Notes under the pieces: generated by a model | Databases searched by the model: none | What the model was told of the DNA's origin: nothing | The model's input: only the letters and a program-made list of their open reading frames with translations | Sequence record: SRR31156797_4828 | Length of the DNA: 31,352 nucleotides | Strand: one strand, 5' to 3' | Translations under genes and position numbers: made by a program | Part shown: piece after piece, positions 8,559 to 20,003 of the stretch | Layout: each line of letters starts with the position of its first letter | Position numbering within the stretch: the first letter of the stretch is position 1

Positions 8559-9872
8559 ATGAAAGAATATCAACAGAACAACGGCTATCGTGCCTTAGTC
8601 AACGCCGCCTTACTCAGCGGTATCGGCATGAGTTTATATAATATCGTCTTTGTAGTTTATGCCAGTACTTTACCCTTTAATGCCCTTGCTGTTTCCTTAG
8701 CCTCCATGGCACTGCTGATCCCTGATCTCTTACGGATCCTGACCGGCTATCTAGCCGATCGTACCAAAAACAAAGTGCAATGGATGATCAGCAGTCGACT
8801 ATTACAAGGAGTCCTTTTTGTGGCACTCGCTTTTTTGATCCAACTGCCGCCTAGTTTATGGTCTTTCTTCCTTTTGCTAGGCATCAACATTGTATCTGAT
8901 TGTTTGGGCGCTTATTGTTCTGGGTTACAGCTGCCCTATGTTCGCCGTCTTGTGCCTGCTGATACCTTAGACAGTGCCATGGGCTTTCAAATGGCGTGTC
9001 AAACCACCGTTCAAATCGTCTTTCAAGGCATCGGTGCTTGGGGGATCATTTTACTGAATAATAACTTTGCGGCTTTTGGTTTGATCAATGCCGTGACGTT
9101 TTTCTTAGCCGCGATCGTGATCTTCCTGAACCGCTCGCTCTTCTATGCGGTGCCAGGGAAAATCAATCAAGCAGCAACACCACTCTTTCAGAATTTCTCG
9201 GATACTTTTAAATTATTGACTGGTACGGCTTTTCTTAAAAAGATGATCCTCTTTGCCTTACTGATCAATACCTTAGCTGCTAGTACGAGCGGTCTACTAA
9301 ATCTCCAGCTGTTGGATGACCTTGCGCTTTGGTTTGCCACTTATGGCAACACCGTTGCGATGGCAGGCATCGCTACTTCGATCGGTATGGTCGCTGGCGC
9401 CTTGTTTGCTGCCGACTGGTTCAAGAATACCGGTCTGGTTCGCTTGATTGCGTATACCTCTTTCGTTTTATGTCTGTTGACCTTGAATTTTCTCTTCCTG
9501 CATAACCGTTGGCTCATGATTGCGCTGCTCTTTGCTGAAGGCTATCTGATTGGAAAAATCAATCCTCGTTTTTCGGCATATCTGATTCGTGAGATTGATG
9601 AAGAACATCTCGCCATCAGCAGCGGGATCTTTTCCACCATTGTGATGCTAGGGGGACCTGTCGGACAAATGGTCTTTTTAGGCATCGGCAATCGCTATCA
9701 CGTTGCTTGGAGCTGGCTGCTTTACTTGCTTTTCGCATTTTTGGTAGCCATCGCCGCCTTAGTCGCTGCCGGTACCTTGGAAAAAACACCCACCATTGCT
9801 GCGCCTAAAAACGCGACGGAAAGGACTGAAGATTGGCAAGAAACCACCTCTGTTTTGCCTGAGAAAAAATAA
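8559..9872 (+). CDS. MFS transporter (DHA3/MefA-like efflux type)
   Basis: About 12 hydrophobic segments and the MFS motif A-like GYLADRTKNK. An AAAGGA SD favours ATG 8559 over the ORF-track start at 8550. Confidence 0.85.
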   Translation: MKEYQQNNGYRALVNAALLSGIGMSLYNIVFVVYASTLPFNALAVSLASMALLIPDLLRILTGYLADRTKNKVQWMISSRLLQGVLFVALAFLIQLPPSLWSFFLLLGINIVSDCLGAYCSGLQLPYVRRLVPADTLDSAMGFQMACQTTVQIVFQGIGAWGIILLNNNFAAFGLINAVTFFLAAIVIFLNRSLFYAVPGKINQAATPLFQNFSDTFKLLTGTAFLKKMILFALLINTLAASTSGLLNLQLLDDLALWFATYGNTVAMAGIATSIGMVAGALFAADWFKNTGLVRLIAYTSFVLCLLTLNFLFLHNRWLMIALLFAEGYLIGKINPRFSAYLIREIDEEHLAISSGIFSTIVMLGGPVGQMVFLGIGNRYHVAWSWLLYLLFAFLVAIAALVAAGTLEKTPTIAAPKNATERTEDWQETTSVLPEKK

Positions 9873-9927
9873 AAACACAAGCTTTCGCTATCTCTTGTTG
9901 TGTAAGAGCAGCGAAGCTTGTGTTTTT
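9871..9927. terminator. Bidirectional terminator between the MFS gene and truA
   Basis: AAAAACACAAGCT..TCGCT..CTCTT / AAGAG.AGCGAAGCTTGTGTTTTT between convergent stop codons. Confidence 0.85.
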
Positions 9928-9929
9928 CC

Positions 9930-10676
9930 TTATTCATAAGCAACATGAACCAAATACAATCCTTCTGGATGAGCCGTGGGACCTGCCGCATTTCGGTCTT
10001 TTTGCGCAATGATTGCAGGAATGCTGTCAGGTGCGATCCGTCCATTGCCGATTTTCAGCAATGTGCCCACCATGATCCGGATCATCTTGTACAAAAATCC
10101 ATCGCCGCGAAAGGTAAAAATCAACTCATCTCCAGCGTCATTGACCGCCATGGACGCCTCATGGATCGTCCGCGTCTTGTCATCGACTGAACTGCCCGTC
10201 GCACAAAAACTGGTAAAGTCATGGGTGCCTAAAAAATCTGGCAACGCTCGTTGGATTTTTTCCAAATCTAGCGGATACGGATAATAGCTGGCATAATGGC
10301 GGCGGAAAGGACTGCGGGGTTTCCCAATGTCTACCCGAAACTGGTAGGTTTTTTCAATGACTAAGTAGCGGGCATGGAAGGTATCGTCAACGATCTCCAC
10401 CGATTTTACCGCAACATCTTCTGGCGTTTGGGTATCTAATCCAAAGCGCATTTTTTCCAGTGGACGCTTTTGAGGGAAATCGAAGTGGATCACTTGCCCT
10501 TGCGCATGGACCCCCGCATCGGTGCGGCCAGAGCCATGAATCTGGATCGGTTGCCCATTGTTCATCTTCGTTAATGTCTTTTCAATCTCTTCTTGAACCG
10601 TTCGTCCATTGGGTTGACGCTGAAATCCTTGAAAATTCGTACCATCATAAGCGATCGTCGCTTTATAGCGGACCAT
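9930..10676 (-). CDS. truA: tRNA pseudouridine(38-40) synthase TruA
   Basis: [21 protein letters not shown] and [11 protein letters not shown] motifs. Confidence 0.97.
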   Translation of the reverse strand: MVRYKATIAYDGTNFQGFQRQPNGRTVQEEIEKTLTKMNNGQPIQIHGSGRTDAGVHAQGQVIHFDFPQKRPLEKMRFGLDTQTPEDVAVKSVEIVDDTFHARYLVIEKTYQFRVDIGKPRSPFRRHYASYYPYPLDLEKIQRALPDFLGTHDFTSFCATGSSVDDKTRTIHEASMAVNDAGDELIFTFRGDGFLYKMIRIMVGTLLKIGNGRIAPDSIPAIIAQKDRNAAGPTAHPEGLYLVHVAYE

Positions 10677-10709
10677 TGAATCACCTGTTTCTTTCTATTT
10701 TTTCAAAAA

Positions 10710-10828
10710 AAGGCCTATGAGAAAAGTCTGATCGATCGACAGGCCTTTTCGAACCAGCCGCTGGGATTGCCAGCAGTCTCGTTGCTTCGTTAAGAACCTT
10801 TCGTGGGTTGACTTCAATCATAGGTCTT
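10710..10828. repeat. 119-bp long imperfect palindromic element (REP/MITE-like)
   Basis: Terminal IRs match at 15/19 (AAGGCCTATGAGAAAAGTC vs reverse complement AAGACCTATGATTGAAGTC); inner arms are partly complementary; apical stem GCTGG-gattg-CCAGC. Confidence 0.55.
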
Positions 10829-10831
10829 CGT

Positions 10832-11629
10832 TTATCCTCTTAAGAACACTAATGCTACTGTAAAGAGCGCAAAAACGATGACAACCAATGTGTCCCGTTG
10901 ATGCCAGTGCAAAATACGATACTTGGTACGCCCTTCGCCGCCTTGATAGCCTCTGGCTTCCATAGCGGTAGCTAGATCTTCCGCACGGTTAAAGCTGCTG
11001 ACAAATAAAGGAATCAATAAAGGAACGATCGCCTTCATCTTCTGCAACAGTCCCCCTTCGCCGAAATCGACCCCGCGGGCACGCTGAGCATTCATAATTT
11101 TTTCTGTTTCATCCATCAAGGTTGGTACAAAGCGCAACGCAATCGACAGCATCAGTGAGATTTCATGGACAGGGAAACGGATCGCTTTTAAAGGACGCAA
11201 AATGTATTCGATCGCATCTGAAAGCTCTAATGGGGGCGTCGTTAACGTCAACAGAGTCGACATGAAAATGATCAAAACAAAACGACAAAAAATAAAGATC
11301 CCATTTTGGACACCAAATTCTGTGATGTTAAAGATCCACCAAGACCAATAGACGTCACCGCCGGTAGTAAATAAAATCTGTAACGCCACGGTAAACAAAA
11401 TCAGCCAAATCAAAGGACGTACGCCGCGAATAAAGAAGCCAAAATCAATTTTTGAAAAAGAGATACAAAAAAGCGTAAAAGCCCCCGCTAATAAATAGCT
11501 TTGCCAATTATTCGCCAAAAAGATAATCGCGATAAAATAAAAACTAGCAATCAATTTGACCCGTGGATCTAAACGGTGGATCAAGGAGTCCCCGGGAATA
11601 AAACGACCGAAAATCAGTTTATTCATCAT
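10832..11629 (-). CDS. ecfT: Energy-coupling factor transporter transmembrane component EcfT
   Basis: [16 protein letters not shown] and the two X-R-X motifs AQRARG and AMEARG. Confidence 0.95.
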   Translation of the reverse strand: MMNKLIFGRFIPGDSLIHRLDPRVKLIASFYFIAIIFLANNWQSYLLAGAFTLFCISFSKIDFGFFIRGVRPLIWLILFTVALQILFTTGGDVYWSWWIFNITEFGVQNGIFIFCRFVLIIFMSTLLTLTTPPLELSDAIEYILRPLKAIRFPVHEISLMLSIALRFVPTLMDETEKIMNAQRARGVDFGEGGLLQKMKAIVPLLIPLFVSSFNRAEDLATAMEARGYQGGEGRTKYRILHWHQRDTLVVIVFALFTVALVFLRG

Positions 11630-12485
11630 GGGCAGTCGCCCCCTTTGCTACTAAAACATCTGCCAGTTCATCAGCCGTTAGCGGCAACTGCTCAAATGCC
11701 AATCCTCTGGCTTGTAATTGCTCCGCAAATGCGGTTGCTGTCGGTACCCCCAACTGCTTTTCTTGCAGCCAAGCAGTGTCTTGAAACACAACGGACGGCG
11801 TGCCGGCTTTGACGAGACGTCCCTTTTCTAACACATAGACATAATCAGCATAGTTCGCCACATCATCCATCAAGTGGGTCACTAAAATGATCGTCATGTT
11901 CTTTTCCCGATGCAGGCGATCAAACATTTCCATCATCTCTTTGCGTCCTTGTGGATCTAAGCCAGCTGTCGGCTCATCTAAGACCAAAACTTCTGGTTCC
12001 ATAGCTAAGACTCCAGCAATCGCTACACGGCGCATTTGGCCCCCTGAAAGGTCAAATGGTGAACGTTCCAGAAAACTTTCATCTAAACCTACCAATTGAA
12101 TGTATTCTTGGGCTAAACCTTTGGCTTCTTCTTCGGAGATGCCAAAGTTTTTCGGTCCAAAAGCGATATCTCTCGCAACGGTTTCTTCAAATAATTGGGA
12201 TTCAGGAAATTGAAAAACGATCCCGACTTTTTTACGTAACGGTTTTAGATTTTTGTTGTCTGACTCGGGTTTGATGACTCGCTCACCGATCGTGACCGTT
12301 CCAGTCGTTGGTTTTAATAATGCATTCAAGTGCTGCAGCAACGTAGATTTTCCGCTACCCGTATGACCGACTAAGGCGGTATAAGAGCCTTCTTTGATCT
12401 CTAAATCGATATCGAACAAAACCCGTTGTTCAAACGGAGAATGCGGTTGGTAGGTGAATCCTACTTGTTCAAAACGGATGTCCAT
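11619..12485 (-). CDS. ecfA2: ECF transporter ATPase EcfA2
   Basis: [22 protein letters not shown] and DEPTAGLD motifs; ATG 12485 preferred over TTG 12491. Confidence 0.95.
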   Translation of the reverse strand: MDIRFEQVGFTYQPHSPFEQRVLFDIDLEIKEGSYTALVGHTGSGKSTLLQHLNALLKPTTGTVTIGERVIKPESDNKNLKPLRKKVGIVFQFPESQLFEETVARDIAFGPKNFGISEEEAKGLAQEYIQLVGLDESFLERSPFDLSGGQMRRVAIAGVLAMEPEVLVLDEPTAGLDPQGRKEMMEMFDRLHREKNMTIILVTHLMDDVANYADYVYVLEKGRLVKAGTPSVVFQDTAWLQEKQLGVPTATAFAEQLQARGLAFEQLPLTADELADVLVAKGATAHDE

Positions 12486-13297
12486 AGCCAATCCACCATC
12501 CCTTCTTCAGTTAAGTACGCTTGTGGTACCGTGACGCCCCGCTGTTTTAGTGCCGCCTTTAATTTTTCAGGAAACGGCAGATCTAAGCCTAGCTCAATCA
12601 GTTCCGGACCTGCAGAAAAAATCTCTGCTGGTGTCCCTTCGCGGACGAGCTCTCCTTGACGCATCACCAGCACCCGATTGGCGTTAGCTGCTTCATCAAT
12701 ATCATGGGTGATCGATAGCACGGTCAAATTGTTTTTCTCTTTGATTTTTTTGATCGTTGCGATCACTTCTTCACGGCCTTCTGGATCTAGCATACTAGTG
12801 GCTTCATCAAGAATGATGATATCCGGGCGCAGTGCAACGACACCGGCAATGGCTACCCGTTGTTTTTGACCACCAGAAAGGCGCGCGGGTTCCCGCGTCG
12901 CAAACTCGCTCATCCGTACTTGTTCCAGAGCGTCTTTGACACGAACCAGCATTTCTTCTCGCGGGATTCCTTGATTTTCTAAACCGAAAGCCACATCATC
13001 TTCCACCGTCGAACCAACGAATTGATTGTCAGGGTTTTGAAAGACCATACCGACCATTTTTCGAATATTCCAGATATTTTCTTCATTCAAAGGCAATTCG
13101 CCGACAGAAACACTGCCTTCTTGCGGCAAGATCAAGCCATTGATGGTTTTTGCTAAAGTTGATTTTCCAGAGCCGTTATGGCCGATCAACGCCACCCATT
13201 CCCCTTTGTTGATGGAAAAGGATACGTTATTTAACGCGGCACGCTCTTCTTCGCTATAACGCACAGTAATAGCATTCAATTCAATGATTGGCTTCAT
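12461..13297 (-). CDS. ecfA1: ECF transporter ATPase EcfA1
   Basis: [25 protein letters not shown] and DEATSMLD motifs; ATG 13297 follows a GAAGGAG SD. Confidence 0.95.
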   Translation of the reverse strand: MKPIIELNAITVRYSEEERAALNNVSFSINKGEWVALIGHNGSGKSTLAKTINGLILPQEGSVSVGELPLNEENIWNIRKMVGMVFQNPDNQFVGSTVEDDVAFGLENQGIPREEMLVRVKDALEQVRMSEFATREPARLSGGQKQRVAIAGVVALRPDIIILDEATSMLDPEGREEVIATIKKIKEKNNLTVLSITHDIDEAANANRVLVMRQGELVREGTPAEIFSAGPELIELGLDLPFPEKLKAALKQRGVTVPQAYLTEEGMVDWLWTSVLNK

Positions 13298-13331
13298 GAT
13301 AGACTCCTTCATTTGCGATTAATTCTTTCTA

Positions 13332-13360
13332 ACACTACCAAAAAAGCGCACGTTTTTCAA
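13332..13360 (-). promoter_or_regulatory. Candidate promoter of ecfA1-ecfA2-ecfT
   Basis: TTGAAA-17 bp-TAGTGT with extended -10 TG. Confidence 0.45.
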
Positions 13361-13432
13361 TGATTCGCGCACGATTTGTCTCCAGATCTTTTTTTCACTT
13401 GCCATCACCTGTCTTGACAGGTAATCGAAAGT

Positions 13433-13556
13433 AAAAAAAAAAGCACTTTATGATGAGTGCGTACACCTCGAAATACATCGAGGTGTAGGCGCTGAGCTAG
13501 ACTCGGAAAGTTTCTTCCAACATCATAACACTCTTAGTAAACATCTATAAAGTGAT
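13433..13556 (-). ncRNA. L17 downstream element (L17DE)-like structured RNA ending in a U-tract
   Basis: Directly 3' of rplQ; nested stems CACTTTAT/ATAAAGTG, GAGTG/CACTC and TACACCTCGA/TCGAGGTGTA, then U10. Position and the GAGUGUUAUGAUG...GUCUAGCUC core match my recollection of the Lactobacillales/Listeria L17DE motif. Confidence 0.75.
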
Positions 13557-13569
13557 GATAAGTGTGATT

Positions 13570-13950
13570 TTAAACAAGTTCTAGGATAACCATTGGTGCA
13601 GCATCTCCGCGTCTTGGTTCTGTTTTCAAGATACGAGTATATCCACCTTGGCGATCTGTGTAACGAGGAGCGATATCATTGAATAATTTTTGTAATGCTG
13701 ATTCAATAACTACTTCTTCGTTTTCTTCACGTACACTTGCAACTTCATTACGAACGAATGCTGCTGCTTGACGACGTGCATGCAAATCACCACGTTTACC
13801 TAAAGTGATCATTTTTTCTGCAGTTGAACGAACTTCTTTCGCACGAGCTTCAGTCGTAACGATACGTTCGTTAATGAATAAATCAGTTGTCAAATCACGC
13901 AACATCGCTTTACGTTGGCTAGATGTGCGTCCTAGTTTACGATAACTCAC
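13570..13950 (-). CDS. rplQ: 50S ribosomal protein L17
   Basis: GTG start at 13950 after a [24 protein letters not shown]...GGYTRI. Confidence 0.98.
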   Translation of the reverse strand: MSYRKLGRTSSQRKAMLRDLTTDLFINERIVTTEARAKEVRSTAEKMITLGKRGDLHARRQAAAFVRNEVASVREENEEVVIESALQKLFNDIAPRYTDRQGGYTRILKTEPRRGDAAPMVILELV

Positions 13951-14020
13951 GTGGTTTCCCTCCTTCACTTTCGAATGTTGTATCGGTCAGACGAACCGAA
14001 CTAACGTAATCGAAAACGGT

Positions 14021-14959
14021 TTAATCGTCTTTACGTAGTCCTAAACCTAAATCATGTAATTTCACTTTGACCTCTTCAAGAGATTTACGGCCTAAGTTTC
14101 TTACTTTGATCATTTCTGGTTCAGATTTGTTTGTCAATTCTTGTACAGTATTGATTCCTGCACGTTTTAGACAGTTGTATGAACGAACAGATAAGTCTAA
14201 TTCTTCGATCGTCATTTCCAACATTTTTTCTTTTTGTGTTTCTTCTTTTTCAACCATGATTTCAGCGTTTTTCGCTTCATCAGTTAGGTTAACAAAGATG
14301 TCTAAATGTTCAGTCATGATTTTCGCAGACAAACTCATTGCTTCCAATGGTTCGATTGAGCCATCAGTCCATATTTCCATCGTTAATTTGTCGAAATCAT
14401 CTCGACGACCGACACGTGTGTTTTCTACTTGATAGTTGACACGACGTACTGGTGTATAGATTGAATCGACTGGAAGAACGCCGATTGGCATGTCTTCTTT
14501 TTTGTTTTCGTCCGCTTGAACGTAGCCGCGGCCAGGTTTCACTGTTAAGCGAGCATGGAACGTAGCACCTTCAGAAACGGTACAGATATACATATCTTTG
14601 TTAAGGATTTCTACATCACTATCAACGATGATATCGCCAGCAGTTACTGTAGCAGGTCCTGAAATATCAATTTCAAGGGTCTTTTCTTCATCCCCGTACA
14701 TTTTCAATGCAAGACCTTTAATATTCAAGATGATTTGAGCAACGTCTTCCCGAACACCCTTAACAGTTGAGAATTCGTGTAAAACTCCATCGATTTGAAT
14801 ATTGGTGATTGCCGCACCAGGTAAAGAAGATAATAAAATACGACGTAGGGAATTTCCTAGTGTAGTTCCGTAGCCTCTTTCAAGAGGTTCCACGATGAAC
14901 TTGCCATAATCTTTGTCTTCATCAATCTTTGCGATTCTTGGTTTTTCGAATTCAATCAT
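14021..14959 (-). CDS. rpoA: RNA polymerase subunit alpha
   Basis: [17 protein letters not shown] and [14 protein letters not shown]. Confidence 0.99.
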   Translation of the reverse strand: MIEFEKPRIAKIDEDKDYGKFIVEPLERGYGTTLGNSLRRILLSSLPGAAITNIQIDGVLHEFSTVKGVREDVAQIILNIKGLALKMYGDEEKTLEIDISGPATVTAGDIIVDSDVEILNKDMYICTVSEGATFHARLTVKPGRGYVQADENKKEDMPIGVLPVDSIYTPVRRVNYQVENTRVGRRDDFDKLTMEIWTDGSIEPLEAMSLSAKIMTEHLDIFVNLTDEAKNAEIMVEKEETQKEKMLEMTIEELDLSVRSYNCLKRAGINTVQELTNKSEPEMIKVRNLGRKSLEEVKVKLHDLGLGLRKDD

Positions 14960-15038
14960 TCTTATCTATTACCCCTTTCAAAACGAAAAGTGTCTTGTTC
15001 AATGACGTATTTGTTACACTCAAAATGAGCAGCACTCA

Positions 15039-15428
15039 TTAAACACGACGGCGTTTTGGAGGGCGGCATCCATTATGAGGGACTGGAGTCACGTCACGGA
15101 TCGCACTCACTTCCAAACCTGCTGCTTGTAATGAACGAATTGCTGCTTCACGTCCAGAACCAGGTCCTTTAACTGTTACTTCAACAGTTCTTAATCCGTG
15201 TTCCATTGCTGCTTTGGTAGCTGTTTCTGCTGCCATTTGAGCGGCAAAAGGAGTAGATTTTTTGCTTCCTTTGAAACCTAATGAACCAGCTGATGACCAT
15301 GCTAATGCATTACCATGAGTATCAGTGATCATTACGATTGTATTATTGAATGTTGAGTGAATATGTGCAATACCCGCTTCAATATTCTTTTTCACACGGC
15401 GTTTACGACTCACTTTTTTTGCTGCCAT
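15039..15428 (-). CDS. rpsK: 30S ribosomal protein S11
   Basis: [28 protein letters not shown]. Confidence 0.99.
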   Translation of the reverse strand: MAAKKVSRKRRVKKNIEAGIAHIHSTFNNTIVMITDTHGNALAWSSAGSLGFKGSKKSTPFAAQMAAETATKAAMEHGLRTVEVTVKGPGSGREAAIRSLQAAGLEVSAIRDVTPVPHNGCRPPKRRRV

Positions 15429-15455
15429 GAAGTTTTAACCTCCTTCACTTAGGAA

Positions 15456-15821
15456 TTATTTTTTCTTGCCTGCGACTGTTTTAGACGGGCCTTTACGAGT
15501 ACGTGCATTGTTTTTCGTGTTTTGTCCACGAACTGGCAATCCACGGCGATGACGGATCCCACGGTAAGAACCGATTTCCATCAATCGTTTGATGTTTAAG
15601 TTCACTTCACGACGAAGGTCACCTTCAACTTTTAATTTATCAACTTCTGCACGGATAGCATCTGTTTGTTCATTCGTTAAATCACGAACACGAACTTCTT
15701 CAGACACGCCAGCGTCAGCTAAAATTTGTTTTGCAGTCGTGTTACCAATACCATAGATATAAGTAAGTGAAACGACCACACGTTTATCACGAGGAATATC
15801 TACTCCTGCAATACGAGCCAT
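15456..15821 (-). CDS. rpsM: 30S ribosomal protein S13
   Basis: [10 protein letters not shown]...[19 protein letters not shown]. Confidence 0.99.
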   Translation of the reverse strand: MARIAGVDIPRDKRVVVSLTYIYGIGNTTAKQILADAGVSEEVRVRDLTNEQTDAIRAEVDKLKVEGDLRREVNLNIKRLMEIGSYRGIRHRRGLPVRGQNTKNNARTRKGPSKTVAGKKK

Positions 15822-15838
15822 ATTTGTTACACCTCCGA

Positions 15839-15955
15839 TTATCCTTGACGTTGTTTATGTTTTGGATTTGCTGGGCAAATCACCATAACGCGTCCTTTAC
15901 GACGAATTACTTTACAATGTTCGCACATTGGTTTTACTGATGGTCTTACTTTCAT
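15839..15955 (-). CDS. rpmJ: 50S ribosomal protein L36 (Zn-ribbon form)
   Basis: Not in the ORF track; hand translation gives [38 protein letters not shown] (38 aa) with an AGGAGG SD. Confidence 0.98.
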   Translation of the reverse strand: MKVRPSVKPMCEHCKVIRRKGRVMVICPANPKHKQRQG

Positions 15956-15987
15956 GATAATACCTCCTGTGGTTTTACGGAGTACAA

Positions 15988-16206
15988 TTATTTAAAGCGA
16001 TAAGTAATGCGGCCACGGTTCAGATCATACGGGGATAATTCCACCGTTACTTTGTCTCCAGGTAAAATACGAATGTAGTGCATCCGGATCTTACCAGAAA
16101 CGGTCGCTAGAACTTGGTGTCCGTTTTCCAATTCTACTTTAAACATTGCATTCGGCAAAGTTTCGACGACTGTACCTTCGACTTCAATCATATCTTCTTT
16201 TGCCAC
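15988..16206 (-). CDS. infA: Translation initiation factor IF-1
   Basis: GTG at 16206 after AAGGAGG; 72 aa [10 protein letters not shown]...[15 protein letters not shown]. Confidence 0.98.
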   Translation of the reverse strand: MAKEDMIEVEGTVVETLPNAMFKVELENGHQVLATVSGKIRMHYIRILPGDKVTVELSPYDLNRGRITYRFK

Positions 16207-16323
16207 GCACAGTACCTCCTTGTACTTGTGATTTTCACACGATAAAATGGCGGAAACTCGGTTCCCACCTGATATTCTCAAACTATGCTCCTACTTAATA
16301 AAAAGTAGAAGTCGGACTGACAT

Positions 16324-16352
16324 ATTCTATCATATCCTGTCAAAGATTTCAA
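16324..16352 (-). promoter_or_regulatory. Internal sigma-A promoter for the infA-alpha cluster
   Basis: TTGAAA-17 bp-TAGAAT with extended -10 TG in the adk-infA spacer. Confidence 0.65.
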
Positions 16353-16394
16353 GAGAAAGTTTTAAGCTGCAAGTTGGACTCGGGCAATCTATGA

Positions 16395-17090
<696 letters not shown>

Positions 17091-17099
17091 TCAATAACT

Positions 17100-18395
17100 T
17101 TAATTGATGAAACCAGTATATTTCCGTTTCAGCATAAGCCCTTCTAACTGCTTGGCAGTATCAAGTGCCACACCGATAATGATCAATAGACTCGTTCCAC
17201 CTAGTCCGATCGATTGCGGTAAATTCCAAGCCATCTGAGCGATGATTGGAAGTAAAGCAACCAATCCTAAAAAGATCGATCCCACCGTGCTTAATCGCAT
17301 CAACAAACGCGATACATATTCTTCTGTTCCTTTACCAGGACGCACACTCGGAATGTAACTTCCTTGTTTTTGCAAGTTTTCCGCTAATTTCTCAGGGTTC
17401 ACTTGAACAAATGCGTAGAAGAAGGTAAACGCAACAATCAAGACAGTGTAGATGATCGCACCCGGTACAGTGTTGTAACTAAAGATCGTTTGCACCACTT
17501 CGTACCAAGTTTCTCCTCTATATGAACTACCTAATGCTTGAATGATCGCATTTGGTGTTGTAATAAAAGAACTGGCAAAGATAACTGGGATAACCCCGGC
17601 AGCATTTACTTTCAAAGGAAGGTAACTGCTGGTAGGCGCTCCTGCTACCCGTTTTGTATATTGGATCGGAATCTTGCGTTCTGCCTGTTGAACATACGTT
17701 ACTAAAGTAATGACGATCAACACAGCGATCACAAGCAGCGCCATAAAGATAGCATTTAGCCAGATATCCGATTGATCCACGTTAATGAAGTAATCTTCAA
17801 TCAATTCTTTGATGCTTGCTGGTAAGCGTGAAATGATCCCCGCAAAGATGATCATTGACACACCGTTTCCGATACCACGCTCGGTGATCTGCTCTCCTAA
17901 CCAAGTGACTAACATCGTTCCGGCTGTTAAAATCAGTCCGATCACGATATAGGTTGCCATATTAGGATTGTTTACAAACCCGAGTTGAGTGTAATAGTTA
18001 AATCCAGCCGTTAATGTCATGGATTGGACAAAGCCTAATACCAACGTCAAGTAACGTGTTGCCTGATTTAATTTCTTACGACCCACTTCACCTTGTTTCG
18101 ACCATTCAACAAATTTAGGGACGATATCCATCTGCAACAACTGAATGACAATTGAGGCAGTGATGTAAGGCGAAACCCCCATCGAGAAAATCGAAAATTG
18201 TTGCATGGCGCCACCACTTACCAAATTCAACATGTTTAAAAATGGTAGATCCGCGATGGTATTTAGGCGACTTGCGTCTACGCCTGGCACAGTAATATGT
18301 GTTCCCAGACGAAAGACAAACAAGATTAAGACGGTGAACAATATTCTGGATCTAATATCCTTAACCTTAAAGGCATCCTTCAATAGTCTGATCAT
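17100..18395 (-). CDS. secY: Preprotein translocase subunit SecY
   Basis: SIFSMGVSPYITASI, GIGNGVSMIIF and IPSVRPG motifs. Confidence 0.98.
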   Translation of the reverse strand: MIRLLKDAFKVKDIRSRILFTVLILFVFRLGTHITVPGVDASRLNTIADLPFLNMLNLVSGGAMQQFSIFSMGVSPYITASIVIQLLQMDIVPKFVEWSKQGEVGRKKLNQATRYLTLVLGFVQSMTLTAGFNYYTQLGFVNNPNMATYIVIGLILTAGTMLVTWLGEQITERGIGNGVSMIIFAGIISRLPASIKELIEDYFINVDQSDIWLNAIFMALLVIAVLIVITLVTYVQQAERKIPIQYTKRVAGAPTSSYLPLKVNAAGVIPVIFASSFITTPNAIIQALGSSYRGETWYEVVQTIFSYNTVPGAIIYTVLIVAFTFFYAFVQVNPEKLAENLQKQGSYIPSVRPGKGTEEYVSRLLMRLSTVGSIFLGLVALLPIIAQMAWNLPQSIGLGGTSLLIIIGVALDTAKQLEGLMLKRKYTGFIN

Positions 18396-18835
18396 TAGAT
18401 CACCTCGATTGATCCACCAGCAGCAACGATTGCTTCTTCAGCTGCTTTTGAGAATTTAGCTGCTTTCACAGTCAATTTCTTCGTTAATTCTCCGTTAGCT
18501 AATACTTTGATTCCAGCTTTTTCGTCTTTGACGATTCCAGCTTCGTGTAAAGCAACAGGTGTTACTTCAGCACCGTCTTCAAAGCGGTTCAAGACATCAA
18601 GATTGATGACTGCATATTCTTTGCGGTTCACATTTGTAAAGCCACGTTTTGGTAAACGACGGAACAATGGTGTTTGTCCACCTTCGAATCCTAGACGTAC
18701 TCCGCCGCCTGAACGAGCTTTTTGACCTTTTTGTCCACGTCCAGCTGTTTTACCGTTACCAGATGAAGTTCCTCGTCCGACACGGTTACGTACTTGGCGT
18801 GAGCCTTCTGATGGTTTTAATTCATGAAGTTTCAT
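18395..18835 (-). CDS. rplO: 50S ribosomal protein L15
   Basis: [18 protein letters not shown]. Confidence 0.99.
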   Translation of the reverse strand: MKLHELKPSEGSRQVRNRVGRGTSSGNGKTAGRGQKGQKARSGGGVRLGFEGGQTPLFRRLPKRGFTNVNRKEYAVINLDVLNRFEDGAEVTPVALHEAGIVKDEKAGIKVLANGELTKKLTVKAAKFSKAAEEAIVAAGGSIEVI

Positions 18836-18875
18836 AGGTTTGGCACCTCCTTAATCAAACTAGATCTGCTGATCC

Positions 18876-19055
18876 TTAGACCTCTTCAACGTCCACTAAG
18901 TGAGAAACAGTGTTAACCATGCCTTTGATTGCATCATTAGCAGGTTTTACAACTGTTGAATTCAACTTTGTAAGACCTAACGCTTTTACAGTATCACGTT
19001 GGTTTTGGGGACGTCCGATAATACTGCGTTTTAAAGTAATTTTCAATTCAGCCAT
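18876..19055 (-). CDS. rpmD: 50S ribosomal protein L30
   Basis: Not in the ORF track; hand translation gives [28 protein letters not shown]...HLVDVEEV (59 aa), between rpsE and rplO. Confidence 0.97.
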   Translation of the reverse strand: MAELKITLKRSIIGRPQNQRDTVKALGLTKLNSTVVKPANDAIKGMVNTVSHLVDVEEV

Positions 19056-19068
19056 TATAGTGTCCTCC

Positions 19069-19569
19069 TTAACCGATTAATTCTTCTACTGATTTGCCGC
19101 GAAGTGCTGCCACTTCTTCAGCGCGTTTTAATTGTTTTAAACCTTCAACTGTTGCGCGAACAACGTTGATTGGTGTGTTAGAACCTAAAGATTTAGATGT
19201 GATATCAGCTACCCCAGCTAATTCCAATACGGCACGAACTGGTCCACCAGCAGCTACCCCAGAACCTTCTACAGCAGGTTTCATAAGGATGCGTCCGCCG
19301 CCGAATACACCGATAACTTCGTGAGGGATTGTAGAACCAACCATTGGTACTTCCACCAAGTTTTTCTTCGCGTCTTCGATTGCTTTACGGATTGCTTCTG
19401 GTACTTCTTGCGCTTTACCAGTACCGAAACCTACGTGTCCGTTTTTGTCACCGACAACAACTAATGCAGCAAAACGTAGACGACGTCCACCTTTAACAAC
19501 TTTAGTTACACGGTTGATCGCAACAACGCGGTCTTCTAATTCCAAATGTTTTGGATCAATATAAACCAT
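19069..19569 (-). CDS. rpsE: 30S ribosomal protein S5
   Basis: [16 protein letters not shown]. Confidence 0.99.
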   Translation of the reverse strand: MVYIDPKHLELEDRVVAINRVTKVVKGGRRLRFAALVVVGDKNGHVGFGTGKAQEVPEAIRKAIEDAKKNLVEVPMVGSTIPHEVIGVFGGGRILMKPAVEGSGVAAGGPVRAVLELAGVADITSKSLGSNTPINVVRATVEGLKQLKRAEEVAALRGKSVEELIG

Positions 19570-19589
19570 GAATGGTGTTCCTCCTTCTC

Positions 19590-19946
19590 TTAAAATTCCA
19601 GTCCATTTTCGCGAGCTGCTTCAGCTAAAGCTGCTACACGGCCATGGTAAAGGTATCCACCACGGTCAAAGACTACTACTTTAATACCTTTTGCTGCTGC
19701 ACGTTCTGCGACTAATTTACCGACAGCTTGTGCTTGTTCAGTTTTTGTTGCACCTGAAACTTCTTTGTCTAAGGCAGAGGCACTTGCTAGCGTCACACCC
19801 GCTACGTCATCAATTACTTGTGCGTAGATGTTTTTGTTCGAACGGAACACGTTTAAGCGTGGGCACTCAGCAGTACCAGAGATTTTGTTACGTACACGAC
19901 GATGTCTTTTCTGACGTGTCTTGTTTTTATCTGGTTTTGTAATCAC
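19590..19946 (-). CDS. rplR: 50S ribosomal protein L18
   Basis: [15 protein letters not shown] and [12 protein letters not shown]. Confidence 0.99.
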   Translation of the reverse strand: MITKPDKNKTRQKRHRRVRNKISGTAECPRLNVFRSNKNIYAQVIDDVAGVTLASASALDKEVSGATKTEQAQAVGKLVAERAAAKGIKVVVFDRGGYLYHGRVAALAEAARENGLEF

Positions 19947-20003
19947 AATTTGTCACCTCTTTTAATTTTGCTAGCCTAAGCTGCTAGTCGTAAAGAATTA
20001 CGA

